NCBI RefSeq assembly: GCF_001194135.2
Contig: NC_068981.1
Location: forward strand, 98,436,074 to 98,499,929
Reading direction: 5' to 3'
Source of the DNA: Octopus bimaculoides
Taxonomy: Eukaryota
Length of the DNA: 63,856 bases
Position numbers and translations under genes: made by a program. Shown one piece after another: positions 13,124 through 27,228 of the stretch (its first letter is position 1; each line of letters starts with the position of its first letter). The notes below the pieces were generated by a model, which was not told the origin of the DNA, made no database searches, and saw only the letters and a list, made by a program, of their open reading frames with translations.

Positions 13124-16100
13124 TTCACTAGAAGAAATTAAGAGTAATTAGAGGTGGAGAGAGATGGGCTTTGTTGGCTCTAAAATGTCCAAGACGTTCT
13201 GTATATCATGATAGTGCCCTTATGACTCCCTCTGATACATACATACATACATACATACATACATTCACACACACACGTACATACATACATACATACATAC
13301 ACACACACATGCACACATGCATACATACATACATACATACATACATACATACGTAAGTGTGTGTGTGTTTATATATACACATATGTGTAAAGGTGGTGCC
13401 TCTCTTCATGGCTTACACTAACAACAATCTTTTAAGTACAAGATCAAAGATTTGAAGGTGAGAGAATACAATTATATTCATTCCAGTTACACAACTGGTA
13501 ATCATGTTATTGACACTGGGAAGAAGAAAGTTAAAATCAACCTCTGCAGGATTTGAACTCAGGACATAACTAAATACTGCAAAGCACTTTGACAACTGCC
13601 ATCCATCACCCTGGCTTACCTTAACAATAGAAGCATTATCAGGCAACATTCGGAGGCTATCAATATAGACACAAAAATCTTTGACATCATTTGACTTCCC
13701 CATCTTATCATCTGCCACAGAATCTGAATGATGACCCAGCCAAAGACCATCACTCATAAGTGAATTTCTTGAATCACTGAAACAGAACAGAAATCTCAAT
13801 GAATCTTAGAGAACATTTTGTTTGTGTGTAACAGAGAAAGAAATATCTTTCTTTTACTAGCTTCAATCATTGGACTGCAGCAATGCTGGGGCACCACCTT
13901 AAAGGATCTAGTTAAACAAGTTCACCTCAGTACTTACCTTTTGTTTTAAAAGCCTGATACTTATTCTGTCAGTCTCTGATGCTGAACAGCTAAGTTACAA
14001 GGACGTAAACAAACCAACACTTGTGGTCAAGTGATGGTGCAGGACAAACATGTACTAAAAGACAATCACACCCACACACACATACACACACACACACTGC
14101 CCCCCTCCACTCACACACACACATACATATACACAGGGTGCATTGGGTATATTGTCACCATTTTATATTTTTAATTCCACGCATGCACGTTGTTTGTTTT
14201 TGATTTTGTTGACTACACAGTATAGTAGAATCAGTTGGGCAACATCTGTGAGAAAAACAGCACCACCATGATGCAATTCACTCTGCCAGAAATTAGGGAA
14301 TGACATGCTGTACTGCTTGGAATTCACGCTAGAAGCTCCAATACGAACATTTCAGAGTGTTTGGGTGTAAATCTAAGGACAGTGCAATTTGAGGACATAT
14401 ACCGAGAGTCATAAAAATCAAACATCCAGTCAACATCATGGTGTTAGAAGTGGTCACTAGTCATGGCGACACTATGCCTCCATTAGTCTTTCCTCATGGC
14501 CTCAGATTCAACACGGAGGCCTACATCAAGTACCTGGAGGAGGTAGTGCTGCCCTGGGTCAAGAGGGGTGGCTGCTGGAAGACTCTATGTCTGGCAACAG
14601 GACTCTGCACCATGCAACACAAGCAGGAGAACCCAGTCATGGCTGTCAAATAATTTCTGCAACCACATCACCCCTAACATCTGGCTACCTAACTCACCAG
14701 ACTGCAACCCCCTTGATTATTATGTGTGGGGCGCAGTTGAGCAAAAGACCAACAAAACTCCTTGTAACACCAAAGATGAACTGAAGGCAAGGATTATGGC
14801 AGCATTCATCAACTTAAACAAGAAGACAGTCCAGAAGAGTTGCAGGAGATTCTGAAGTCGTCTGGAGGCTGTGGTTGAAGCCAAGGGCGATATTATTGAA
14901 TAAATTTACTCTTTCGTATTTCAAGATATTTTTATGTAATTTTGGTAAATATATCTGCTAAAACAATCTACTCACAAGGCTGCAACAATATGTGGTATTA
15001 GTTGGAAGCAGTGGCAACAAAGAAAACTGGGCTGACTGTGGAAACAAAACAGTCAGTGCCATGTACACTGAGTTGCATCTTACTATTGATCAGTCACCTG
15101 TTTTTCAGATCGAGCAGCAAGGTAAAATGGGAGAGGAAATCTGCCCCAAGGATTGGGTATGGCAGAGCAGCGACTAGAAGAACCTAGTGAAAGCATCGTC
15201 TGAGTTGTATATTCAAGGTGAGAGAAATTTTGCCATATGTGGTAATAGGTGAATGGTTGACCACTTGGATGATAGTGACCGAAGGACAAGGTTTTCTGTG
15301 TGTATATTTGGCAGCTCCTGAGTCAACTAGGAAACTCCTCTGGGAAATTTCATCTTTGATAAAAATTGCACGACTTGGTGGGATGGTACCAGAGACAGTA
15401 GCCATGCTTACTGCTCCATTCAGGCATTTCCCTGGGTGCTATATGAGCAAGGTGGTGTGCAATTCCTTGCCTTGGCGCCAAAGGTGGTATGGTAGCAATA
15501 TACCAATCCCTTATTGCGAACTTCCGCTGCCAGGTCTTCAATCATTTTTCCCATGGCACATCAAAAATCCTGGAACTGGGATGCTATGGCCGCTACAGTA
15601 ATGGAAGGAGAAGGTAACATTGGAGTGGTTATCTCCATTATTTTATCGGCTGATGTTGCCAATTGTTTAATGGTACTGATGTCACATATGGGTGTGAGGA
15701 TGGCTTCGATGTTAACAGGTAGGCAAGAAAAAAATAGTTTGAGAAAACCACTCTCTAATGAATTGCCTTCGGCAAGCTGGCACATTCTATGTAGTAGTTA
15801 CGACAGGGCTCGGTCTCCCAGCGGTTCATCATTAACCCTTTCATTACCAGCCCAGCTGAAACTGGCTCTGGCTCTAAGTACAAATGTTTTGTTTTCATAA
15901 GTTTTGAATTAAAATCTTCCACCAAACCTTAGTCACAATTTATGTTCCTAACACTAGCTGAATGATAACTAAGTTATTTTACTAAATTCTTTATTATATT
16001 TAAAATGATTGAAAGAAACACAGAGCTTCTCAAAATAAGTACAGTAATGAAAAGGTTAATGAGTTTGTGGAACTTTTTCTCCACTGACAGGGAATTCCAC

Positions 16101-18203
16101 TATAGAATCTTGACCTTTACAGAGGTATAGCTGGCGTCCATCAGTGGATTCGTAAGGGTATCCCATACTTTGCTCGTGAGAGCAGGTAACAAAGAACTTA
16201 TCAGAAGATGCAAACACTGCATTTCGGATGACATGTGGTTTGCTGCAAAGTAGGATTCCATTTGGGGAAACCAAACGGAGTGTCTCCGATGAAAATAGAC
16301 AAAGGTGGATAAGAAACAGCAGCTTTGGAAGGTGAAGCCATTGTTACTCGCCGTATGTGTGAATCTGGTGAAAGAAATGTCGCTATGATGCTCTGTACTG
16401 TCATGTGAGAAATGTTTTGCTTTTCTCCAACATTGGGTTCACTACTTTAGCAAGTATATGTGTGTTTCCAGTATTAGGTTGGCAATGGGCTGATTAGGTG
16501 TAGGCTGCATCCAAATGAAAACTAAATATAACAATTTTTATTTTGTTGGAGATGCATTGCAAGTCGTTATGGCATTCTGGCATGTATAGTTTAAACAGAA
16601 ACAGAGTGAACGAATATATCATCAGATGGTACCTACTGTGAGAGAGGCATCATGACACCATGTGTAGGGCACTGAAGCAAAGGAAGAGAGCTAGCAGTCC
16701 TAGCTGTGGGCAGTTGGTGAGCTGACTGCCCAAAAGGGAAAAGAGGAAAAGTCCTGTCAGTTGGGCTCCTTATGTGCCTTTCATGACTTCCATTAAGGAC
16801 TATTGTATTTTGCGCATGTGTTGTGGCTGCCCACTTCGTCTTTTCCGGGCCTTTAATGTTTAACCCTGAGATAATCCAAGCAGCACGATGGATATGCTAC
16901 AAAGCTTTGGTCAGCCTGGAGCTATAGCAGCAGACATTGCCAAAGGTGCCACGCAGTGGGACTGAACTCAGAACCATGTGGTTGTGAAGCAAACTTCTTA
17001 CTACACCTATGAAAAATATTTTCTTTTTTTCTTTTCAAATAGAAAAGTGAATTGAAATGTTATGCTATTAACCCTTTAACTGCAAAATAAATTTCATGGT
17101 TATTTTTAGATTGCTTTGCAATCCCAAGATTATAATGCTTTTTCAATGAATGGCCTTTGTGTCTATGTTATATCCACTGCCACAAAAAAAAACAGAATTG
17201 GCATTTTCTACAAGTCATGGTATCTCATAAAACTTGATATATCTTTTATCTTTTATCTTTTACTTGTTTCAGGCATTAGACAGTGGCCATGCTGGGGTAC
17301 CACCTTCAAGAATTTTTAGTTGAATGAATCGACCCCAATATGTTTTTTAAAACTTGGTACTTGTTCTATTGACTTCTTTTACTGAACCAATTAGTACAGG
17401 GACATAAACACACCAACAGTGGTTGTCAAGCAGTGGTGGGGGATAAAAACACACACACATACATACAACGGGCTTCTTTCAGTTTCCATCTACCAAATCT
17501 ATTACAAGGCTTTGGTCAGCCTAAGGCTATAATAGAAGATATTTGCCCAAGGATCCACATAGTGGGACTGAACCCAGAATCATGTGGTTGAGAAGGAAGC
17601 TTCTTGCCACACAACAGAAAATAATTCCAAGCTTGACCTTCTTCATCAAAAGATAGACTGGTCTATAAAACTGCTTTTCACAGTTACATGTAATGAAATT
17701 TGGAGTGGATATATCGGATTTCTGTAGTAATATGGTTAATACATCTAATATTTAACCAGCAGTACTTGTGGAAATACCCCAGTTATTTTGAAAGTTGGAA
17801 GGTTATGGAGAATCATGAAATAAAATCATTTCTTTCCAATTTACATTTTATTCAAAACATTTGACTATATAGAGTAAAACTCCACATAGTATTGAATATT
17901 AGGAGACAATTTGTCTGAAAGCTATAGCTCTTATCATACACTTGTAACCTCTTCTACTTTGAGAATTGTTATCTAATATTTTTTCACTTCCTGACAAGAA
18001 GTAAACAATTTTAACAATGAAATGAAATCAAAGACATAATCTATCTATAATATTATTCTCATGTGATTGTGTAACAAGAAGTTTGCTTCACAATCACATG
18101 GTTACAGTTTCAGTCCCAATGTATGGTACCTTGGGCATCTATTTTCTACTATAGCCCTGGGTTGTTTCTATTATAACATAAAAGCAAACATTAATATTGA
18201 TGT

Positions 18204-18242
<39 letters not shown>

Positions 18243-18562
18243 NNNNNNNNNNNNNNNNNNNNNNNNNNNNNNNNNNNNNNNNNNNNNNNNNNNNNNNNNN
18301 NNNNNNNNNNNNNNNNNNNNNNNNNNNNNNNNNNNNNNNNNNNNNNNNNNNNNNNNNNNNNNNNNNNNNNNNNNNNNNNNNNNNNNNNNNNNNNNNNNNN
18401 NNNNNNNNNNNNNNNNNNNNNNNNNNNNNNNNNNNNNNNNNNNNNNNNNNNNNNNNNNNNNNNNNNNNNNNNNNNNNNNNNNNNNNNNNNNNNNNNNNNN
18501 NNNNNNNNNNNNNNNNNNNNNNNNNNNNNNNNNNNNNNNNNNNNNNNNNNNNNNNNNNNNNN

Positions 18563-18634
<72 letters not shown>

Positions 18635-20209
18635 CGACGATGATGATGATGATGATGATGATATGTATTATATATATAGGAGTGGCTGTGTGGTAAGTAG
18701 CTTGCTTACCAACCATATGGTTCCAGGTTCAGTCCCTCTGTGTGGCATCTTGAGCAAGTGTCTTCTACTATAGCCTTGGGCCAACCAAAGCCTTGTGAGT
18801 GGATTTGGTAGACAGAAACTGAAAGAAGCCCGTTGTATAATATATGCGTATATATATGTATATGCATGTGTGTGTGTGTGTATGTTTGTGTGTCTGTGTT
18901 TGTCCCTCCAATATTGCTTGACAATTGATGGTGGTGTGTTTACATCCCAATAACTTAGCAGTTCAGCAAAAGTGATCAACATAATAAGTACTGGGCTTAC
19001 AAAGAATAAGTTCTGGGGTCGATTTGCTTGACTAAAAAGCGGTGCTCCAGCATAGCCACAGTCAAATGACTGAAACAAATAAAAGAATAAAAGAATATAT
19101 ATACGCAGGAGTGGCTGTGTGGTAAGTAGCTTGCTTACCAACTCAACCCCAAGACTTATTTTTTTTTAAGCCTGCTACTTATTCTATCCATCTCTCCAAA
19201 CTGCTAAGTTATGGAGACGTACAAGGTGGTATCAAAAAGTTCCCAGACAAGTTCTGTAGTGCACCAACATATAACAGTACACAGTTGCGTGCACAGCGAG
19301 AACTAGCAGTGACCTTCATGAGTCAGTGTGCTGAGTGACGTCACTGTGATTACTTCGCAAATTCTGAAATTTGCGGTTTTGTGATGACATGTATGCTGTA
19401 GTCTGCGATTTTGCAATGGACAGGAAGAATTAGCCAACATGAACTTTTGCATTAAACTTAGGAAGTCTGCTACTGAGACATTGAGCATGTTTTGGAAAGC
19501 TTACGGTTATGAAGCAATGAGCTGTATGCAATGTTTCAAGTGGCACAGGTGCTTCAAAAGCAGAAGGACGTCCCTGGAAGACATGCGATCTAGAAGACCT
19601 GCCACAAGCATCACCCTCAGAAATGAGTTATTGTGCATCAAGAATTCATTACCCAGGACCAGACCATCAACCAAGAGTTCTACTGTGACATTTTGAAGCA
19701 TTTGAGGAAGGACATTGAGTGAAAGGGACCAGGTCTGTGGAGTGCAAGGAACTGGATTCTTCATAACAACAATGTACCCTTTGAGTTTCTTGCCAAAAAC
19801 AACATGGTATCACTTCCACACTTACCCTATTTACCAGATTTAGCACCTGAAGACTCCCATATCTTCCCCAAGATGAAAATACAGCTCAAAGGTCACCCTT
19901 TTAATGCCATTGTTGAGATCCACAGCAAATCACAGAAGGTCCTTGACTCACTTAAAGAAAATGATTTCCTGACTGGATTCCAAAAGTGGCAGGAACACTG
20001 GGATCAGTGTATTGCTGTGTAAGGTGACTCTTAAAACTTTGGTAAATAAGTTATTTTTTATTAAACATAACAAATCCAGGAACCCTTTTATACCACCTCG
20101 TAAACACACCAACACCAGTTGTCAAGCAGTGGTGGAGAAACAAACACACACACACACATGGACACAGACACACACACATACACAAACACACACACATATA
20201 TAAATATAG

Positions 20210-20292
<83 letters not shown>

Positions 20293-23200
20293 CACGATGG
20301 GCTTGTTTTAGTTTCTTTCTACCAAATCCACTCACAAGGCTTTGGCCAGCCCAAGACTTTAGTAAAAGACACTTGCCCAAAGTTCCACACAATGGGACTG
20401 AACTCAGAACCATGTGGTTGAGAAGCATGCTTCTTACCACACAACCATGCTTGTGCTTTTTGTTTTTAATTCTTTAAATTCTTCCTCTGAGGAAGGGGCT
20501 ATTTTCTAGTAAAGATGCATAGTCCATCATTGGAATGTAAATCACAAAAACAATGTCACATTTTAAACCTCAGAAAAATCTTGCATATTTTTATTGTTTC
20601 ACTTTCAGATTGTATTTGTAATGTGTAAATTAGCTGACTGATTTCTCTTCCTGAAAATTCAAGCTTATCCAGACTGTCAGTCAGGCATTTACTTATAAAA
20701 TCAAGTGCACCTATTATTATTGGTATAAATGTAAATTTGTAATGTGGATATAAAAGCTGAAAATTTCAAAGCAGCTGTACATTGTTATTTTCTTTGATTT
20801 TCAAAGAAATATTCACATCAGCAGAACATCTGACCTCTATGATGATACATATATACTTTTTCTTGTCTGTTCCAAGCGACAATATCTGATCTGTTATGCT
20901 TACACTTCACAGATGTTTGAGTACATATTCAATAACAGGGGGATTTCAGGGCAGTCTTTTCTCTGGATGGCAATGTTTTTGCAACAACATTGTGTCACAT
21001 AGGGAGGTAGTATCTTGATGATATTTTGGGGCAACTGCTATGTATATATATGTGATTGTATGTGTGTGTGTTTGTGGGGGGGGGGGCAGTACTGTCTGTA
21101 TGCTTTATCTTTGCACGATAGTTGTAAACAAATTTCACAGCCATGCAAGTAGTGTCCTTCAATTCCAGTCTGCAGTGAAAACATGTCTGGGCATGGGGAA
21201 ATATTACCTTACGTGACAGTTGATGACAGGAAGGGCATTTGAACATAAAGAAAAAATCTGCCACAGCAAATTCCATTCAACCCATGCAAGCACAGAAAAT
21301 GGATGTTAAAATGATGATGATGATCGNNNNNNNNNNNNNNNNNNNNNNNNNNNNNNNNNNNNNNNNNNNNNNNNNNNNNNNNNNNNNNNNNNNNNNNNNN
21401 NNNNNNNNNNNNNNNNNNNNNNNNNNNNNNNNNNNNNNNNNNNNNNNNNNNNNNNNNNNNNNNNNNNNNNNNNNNNNNNNNNNNNNNNNNNNNNNNNNNN
21501 NNNNNNNNNNNNNNNNNNNNNNNNNNNNNNNNNNNNNNNNNNNNNNNNNNNNNNNNNNNNNNNNNNNNNNNNNNNNNNNNNNNNNNNNNNNNNNNGGAGA
21601 GGGAGAGGAGGGAGAGGGAGAGGAGGGAGAGGAGGGAGAGGAGGGAGAGGGAGAGGAGGACATATGCCCTACTTACCTGGCGTTGAGAGCAGTTTCAGTT
21701 CTTATATCTACTTTTAGAAATAATTCAGAGTTGTAACCTAAAATATCTTTAGACAAAAATACGATATATTAAAACAGTGAAAGTTGAATATAGAATTAAA
21801 GTGCAGAATACAAAATTATAGTGTAGAATAAAAAATTAGAGTTGGAATATAGAGTAAGATAAAGAATTACTGGGAAGTAAAAAAGGAACTATTGAGTGAT
21901 ATATATATATGTATATATAGAATTATAGTATTTGATAAAGAGTTATTTGAGGAAGATAGTATTGACAGGAATATAGAATTATGTAATGTAGAGTTATATG
22001 ATAAAGAAGTGTGGCTTAGAGTTTAGGGGTATTCGGCTCACAATCGTAAGGTCATGAGCTCAATTCCTGGCAACATGTTGTGTCCTTGAGCAAGGCACTT
22101 TATTTCATGTTACCCCAGTCCACTCAGCTAGCAAAAATTAGTAGTACCTGTATCTCAAAGGGCCAGCTTTGTCACATTTTATGTCATGCTGAATCTCCCT
22201 CAGACATGTGTCTGTAGAGTGCTCAGCCACTTGCAATTTAATTTCTTGAGCAAGCTGTTTCATTGATCAGATCAACTGGAACCCTTTTTGTTGTAACTGA
22301 CAGAGTGCCAGTTAATGGAGAGTAAAGAATTGTTTGGTAAGGTAGTGATGGTTAGTTTCCTGTGACAAGAGAATTAGTTGCATGATCCATTGATTATCTC
22401 TTAAACTAGGAGCCTTATAGCTACTGGACTCACATTTTATTATTATTGGTTCTCTTGGTTTTGGTGGACTTATCCTATATTCAATGGTTAATTGAATATC
22501 TGATTTTCTCTCTTTCAGCATTTTTAAATACTTTTATGATCCTGAAAGCTATGGCTTACATGCTTATAAAATTTAAAAAAAAAAAGAACAGCACAGCACC
22601 CATGACTTTTGGAAACATTTTTTCATGCTCAGACTTCTTGACCATAGTATCCAGACTGTTGCTATAGTAACGAAGCTAAAGCATGCAGAGTGAAGCCACT
22701 TGGCACAGATTGACCTTGTACTCTGCCATGCATGTGCACTAAGTTTTAACATTCTAGCTCACTTCCGCTGTTTATAGCAGTGCTTGGAAGGAAGGTACAT
22801 AGCGTGTGATCATCACATTAACTATGACAATGAATTTCTCTCATGGTATCTACTGTAATAAAGTTTGTTCTAACAGAACATTCACATTTAAGTGGTAATA
22901 AATATTATCTCTCATAACCAAATACTGTAAAATATTCCATCTCATATTCCACTGATTCTACCAGTCTATTGCCCTACCAACAGCCTGAGACCACTTTTAG
23001 TTCTATGAGACAAAACTACCCATTTTAAAATGCTCGCATTTAAATTGAAACTTTCCTTCATAATTTTATTAAAAAGCAAAAAAGAATGTTATAGTAACGG
23101 AGCATTGTTGTGAAACAAAGTTGAAGAAAAATGCTCATCAAATTTGCTTACATTTTGAAGACGTTTCTGTGCAGTTGATAGATTCTCTGACATGTTGCTG

Positions 23201-26200
23201 CATGAAGATATCAGGAATGGCTCCAGAATGTAAAGCAGCTACAGTGTTTCTTTGGGTCAGCTCAGTCAGTGGAATAAAGGCCCAACCAAGGGTTGCTGTA
23301 AAAAGAAGAGGAAAATGATATTTTTGTTCTCAATGGGTTGTTACATACAAAATTAAACATTATTTCTTTTTCTAAGTAGACAGTAGACAGACGTGAACAG
23401 TACAAGATAGAACCAGTCTCAGCTACTAGACAGAGTTTCATAGAGCTAGTACACAGGACTAGATAGATCTTGTAGACTGAACAAAATAGAAGTAATGCAC
23501 TGAAATGTATAGAGCTGAAAGACTGAATTTCATAGAGCTGGTAGACTGAACTGAACTGTGACGGTGCATGACCTAATGTTAGGTCATGGTTTTAATTGCT
23601 GCACTGGGTAGGTGCATTGTGTTCTTTAGCAAAAAAGCTCATTGTATGTTACTCCAGTTCAATCAATGGTAAATGAGTAACTCTGCAATGAACTGGCAGC
23701 CCATTTAGGAAGAATATTGCGATCTCAGTCACTTATATACAAAGGAAACCAGGCAACTGGCCCTATGAATCCTAGCACTTGAGACAGTAATGTCCACAAG
23801 ACTTACTTTTTACTTCAATACACTGAACAATGTAGAGACAGTCAACTGAATTTGATAAAGCCAGTTCAATGAACTAGATAGTAATAACTATGTATGTATA
23901 TAAACAAACTTACATTTGTTTTTTAGAAGCATTGAATGTGTATCATACAATACTGACAAGAAAGTGATATTTCAAATGCAGTATCACTATTGAAGCAGCA
24001 GAAAAATTGGGTATTATTACTCTTACAAGGTGGAAAAAGTTGTCAACAAATAGTCATGGGAGTTGAACCCACATCCCCCAATACACTGCTTAAGTGCTTT
24101 TCCATTAAGTTAAACTGCCCGCTGAGAACATTTCTGCTGATTTTAAGCGCTAAATAGACAACTTTGTGAAATGTAACAACCACATGTGCATATAAACAAA
24201 CTTACATTTGTTTTTAGAAGCCTTGAATGTATATTGTACAACAGCATTAATAGACTGAACTATGCAGATAGAGCTGGGAGAGTGAACTAGTTCAAGTTAG
24301 TATGCTGAACTGGACAGAACTAATAGACTGAGCTCTTTTTCAAATCACTGCAAACAAAGATGTATTTCATTATGCCATGTCAAACCATGCATCAATTCAA
24401 CATCTACACACTGTATTTATCTGGTCAATATCAACAGATTTTATTACTCCAGTCATCAACACATTCAGGTCCTGTAAATGAGGAGTTCAGCCAGCACATT
24501 GGTCTGGGGCACGGAAAGACCTGTGAATATCTAACAGGAATTTATCAAAGAAAGAAAGGAAGGAAGGAAGGAAGGAAGGAAGGAACATCACGGGTAAAAG
24601 CAATCTTGTTCTACCTTGAAAATTTTCTCTTGTAGGCCCAAAATACAGTGTATCAATCCATTCAACATCTACACCACTGTATTTATCTCAAGAGTTCTCA
24701 ACCCTTTTTTATCTATGGATCCCTTTGGTTACAATTTTATTCTGGTAGACCCCCATAACCATTCAATGTTTCAAAGCTAGTTTTATCAAAGCTTCTTTCC
24801 AAATTGTTATAGTTTTCACACATTAACCTGTATAGGTTGAATTATGTAAAATGTTAGAGAAAAAAACCTTGCTGTTTTTTGCTATACATACCAATACATA
24901 CATCTAGAGCAAAATTTTTTCAGGAGCCCTTAAAATACAATTGTGGATCTCTGATTTACTATTTTGTTGTGTGGACCTCCAAAAGTCTTCTATGGATCTT
25001 CAAGGCCATATGGATCCAAGATGAGAACCACTGACCTATCTGATAAACATCTGCACTCTGTATCTATCAGGTTGAGTAAAAAGTAAGCAACGTTTTGAAC
25101 CATGAAGAATTTGTACTAGATTTTTGCAGAGTTTTGAATTTTTTTTAAACATTTTTTTTGCAATTGTTTGATAATACAGACATAGACTTGCCCAAATGCA
25201 TCAATAAATTAACATTGATATTTTTTTCACTGTTGTTACAAACATCTGAAATGGAACTGCCATTGCACGATATTCAAGCAATTTTGCTATTCAACTTCAA
25301 AAAAGGACATAAAACAGCTGAAACTACTCACGATATCAATGAAACATTTGGTGAGGAAATGACCAGTGAGTGGTCAGCTTGAAAATGGTTTAAACGATTT
25401 TGCAGTGGAGACCTGAGCCTTAAAGATTGTGAACGTAGTAGACGCCCATCTGTCATCAATAATGGTTAATTAAAGACCGTCCATTGAGAAAGGTCTACGT
25501 AAAACCACTTGAGAACTGGCAAAAGAACTTCAAGTTAGCCAGAAAACTGCCTGCAATCATTTGCATGTGATCAGAAAATCAAAAAGGCTCAACAAATGAG
25601 TACCACATGATTTGAATGAAAATCAGAAAATGCACAGATATGAAATTTGCTTGTCGCTTCTTCTCCGTAACCAGACAGTTCCATTTTTTGACCGTATTGT
25701 AACTTGTGATGAAAAGTGGATTCTGTACAATAATAAAAAAATGTTCTTCCGAGCTCTTCAAAAAGAAGGTTATGGTGACTGTTTGGTGGTGTACTGCTGG
25801 ACTCATCCACTATAACATCTTAAAACTCAGAAAAACCATTACTGCAGATACATATTGCCATGAAATTGCCAAGATGAATGGAAAACTGCTACTCCTTCAT
25901 CCCAGACTGGTCAACAGAATAGGGCCAATCATTCTTCATGACAATGCTCGACCACATGTTTCCCTAATGATGCTCCAGAAGTTGAGGGAACTTGGCTACT
26001 AAGTTCTTCCCCACCCAGCTTATTCCCTAGACCTTTCTCCTACTGACTATCACTTTTTCAAGAACATTGATGGTTTCCTGCAAGAGGAGTTCAAAAATCA
26101 AACAGATACTAAAAGTGCATTCAAAGAGTTCATCAGCTCCAGAACTCCAGATTTTTATGTTACCGGAATAAACAAACTTGTAACTCGGCAAAAATGTTTT

Positions 26201-27189
26201 GATTGTAATGGTACTTACTCTGATGTGGTTGGCGTTAGGAAGGGCATCCAGCTGTAGAAACTCTGCCAAATTAGATTGGAGCCTGGTGTTGCCATCCAGT
26301 TTCACCAGTCCTCAATCAAATCGTCCAACCCATGCTAGCATGGAAAGCGGACGTTAAACGATGATGATGATGATGATGATTGTTGAAATATATTGTGATG
26401 ACTTTCATATTTCAAAACAGTTGCTCACTTTTTACTCATCTTGATATATAGTCAGAGTGTGAGGTGTGAGATGTTTTAGCGTAGACATTTTGGCATTGCC
26501 TATTTAGAACCACCAATTCAACACTGACATATTTGCCATCAGATGTTCTAATGGTTCTCATTCTCCCATTTTCTCTCTCTCTCCCCTGCCCCTCCTCTCT
26601 TTTACCCCTCTTCTCTCTCTCACGCCCCACCTCTCTCCAGCCCCTCCTCTCTCTCTCTCACCCCTCCTCTCTCTCATCCCTCTTCTCTCTCACCCCTCCT
26701 CTCTCTCTCTCTCTCGCCCCTCCTTTCTCTCTTGCCTCTCCTCAGTCTCTCACTCTCCCTCTCTCTCTCTCCTCCCCTTTCTCTTTCTTACTCAATCTGT
26801 ATGTGTAAATTTCTTGTTTACTTTAATTGTCAAAACATACTGTCACCAAAACTAGCTGAATGTCCAGTCAGCTATGCCAAATCAACAGCATCCAAACAGC
26901 TGTATCTAGCTGTCACATTCTGATATAATCAACATCTAAATTTACATTATTTAGTTTTTCCTTCTTTGCAGTAGGGATTAAAATAATTATCGCACAAAAA
27001 AAATTTTCATTATCATTGGTGCAGGAGTGGCTGTGTGATATGAAGTTTGCTTCCCAATCACATAGTTCCCAATCACATAGTTCAATCCCAATGCATGGCA
27101 CCTTGGGCAATTGTCTTCTACTATAGCTTCAAACCAACCAAAGACTTGTGAGTGGATTTGGTGGACAGAAACTGAATGAAGCCATGTGT

Positions 27190-27228
<39 letters not shown>

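Noticed and set aside
20904-21037. Open 131-bp segment with AG/GTAAGC boundaries ([11 protein letters not shown]...)
   Set aside because: It is open only in phase 0-2, while upstream exon 16 ends in phase 2, where this segment has a stop. Left as unsupported.
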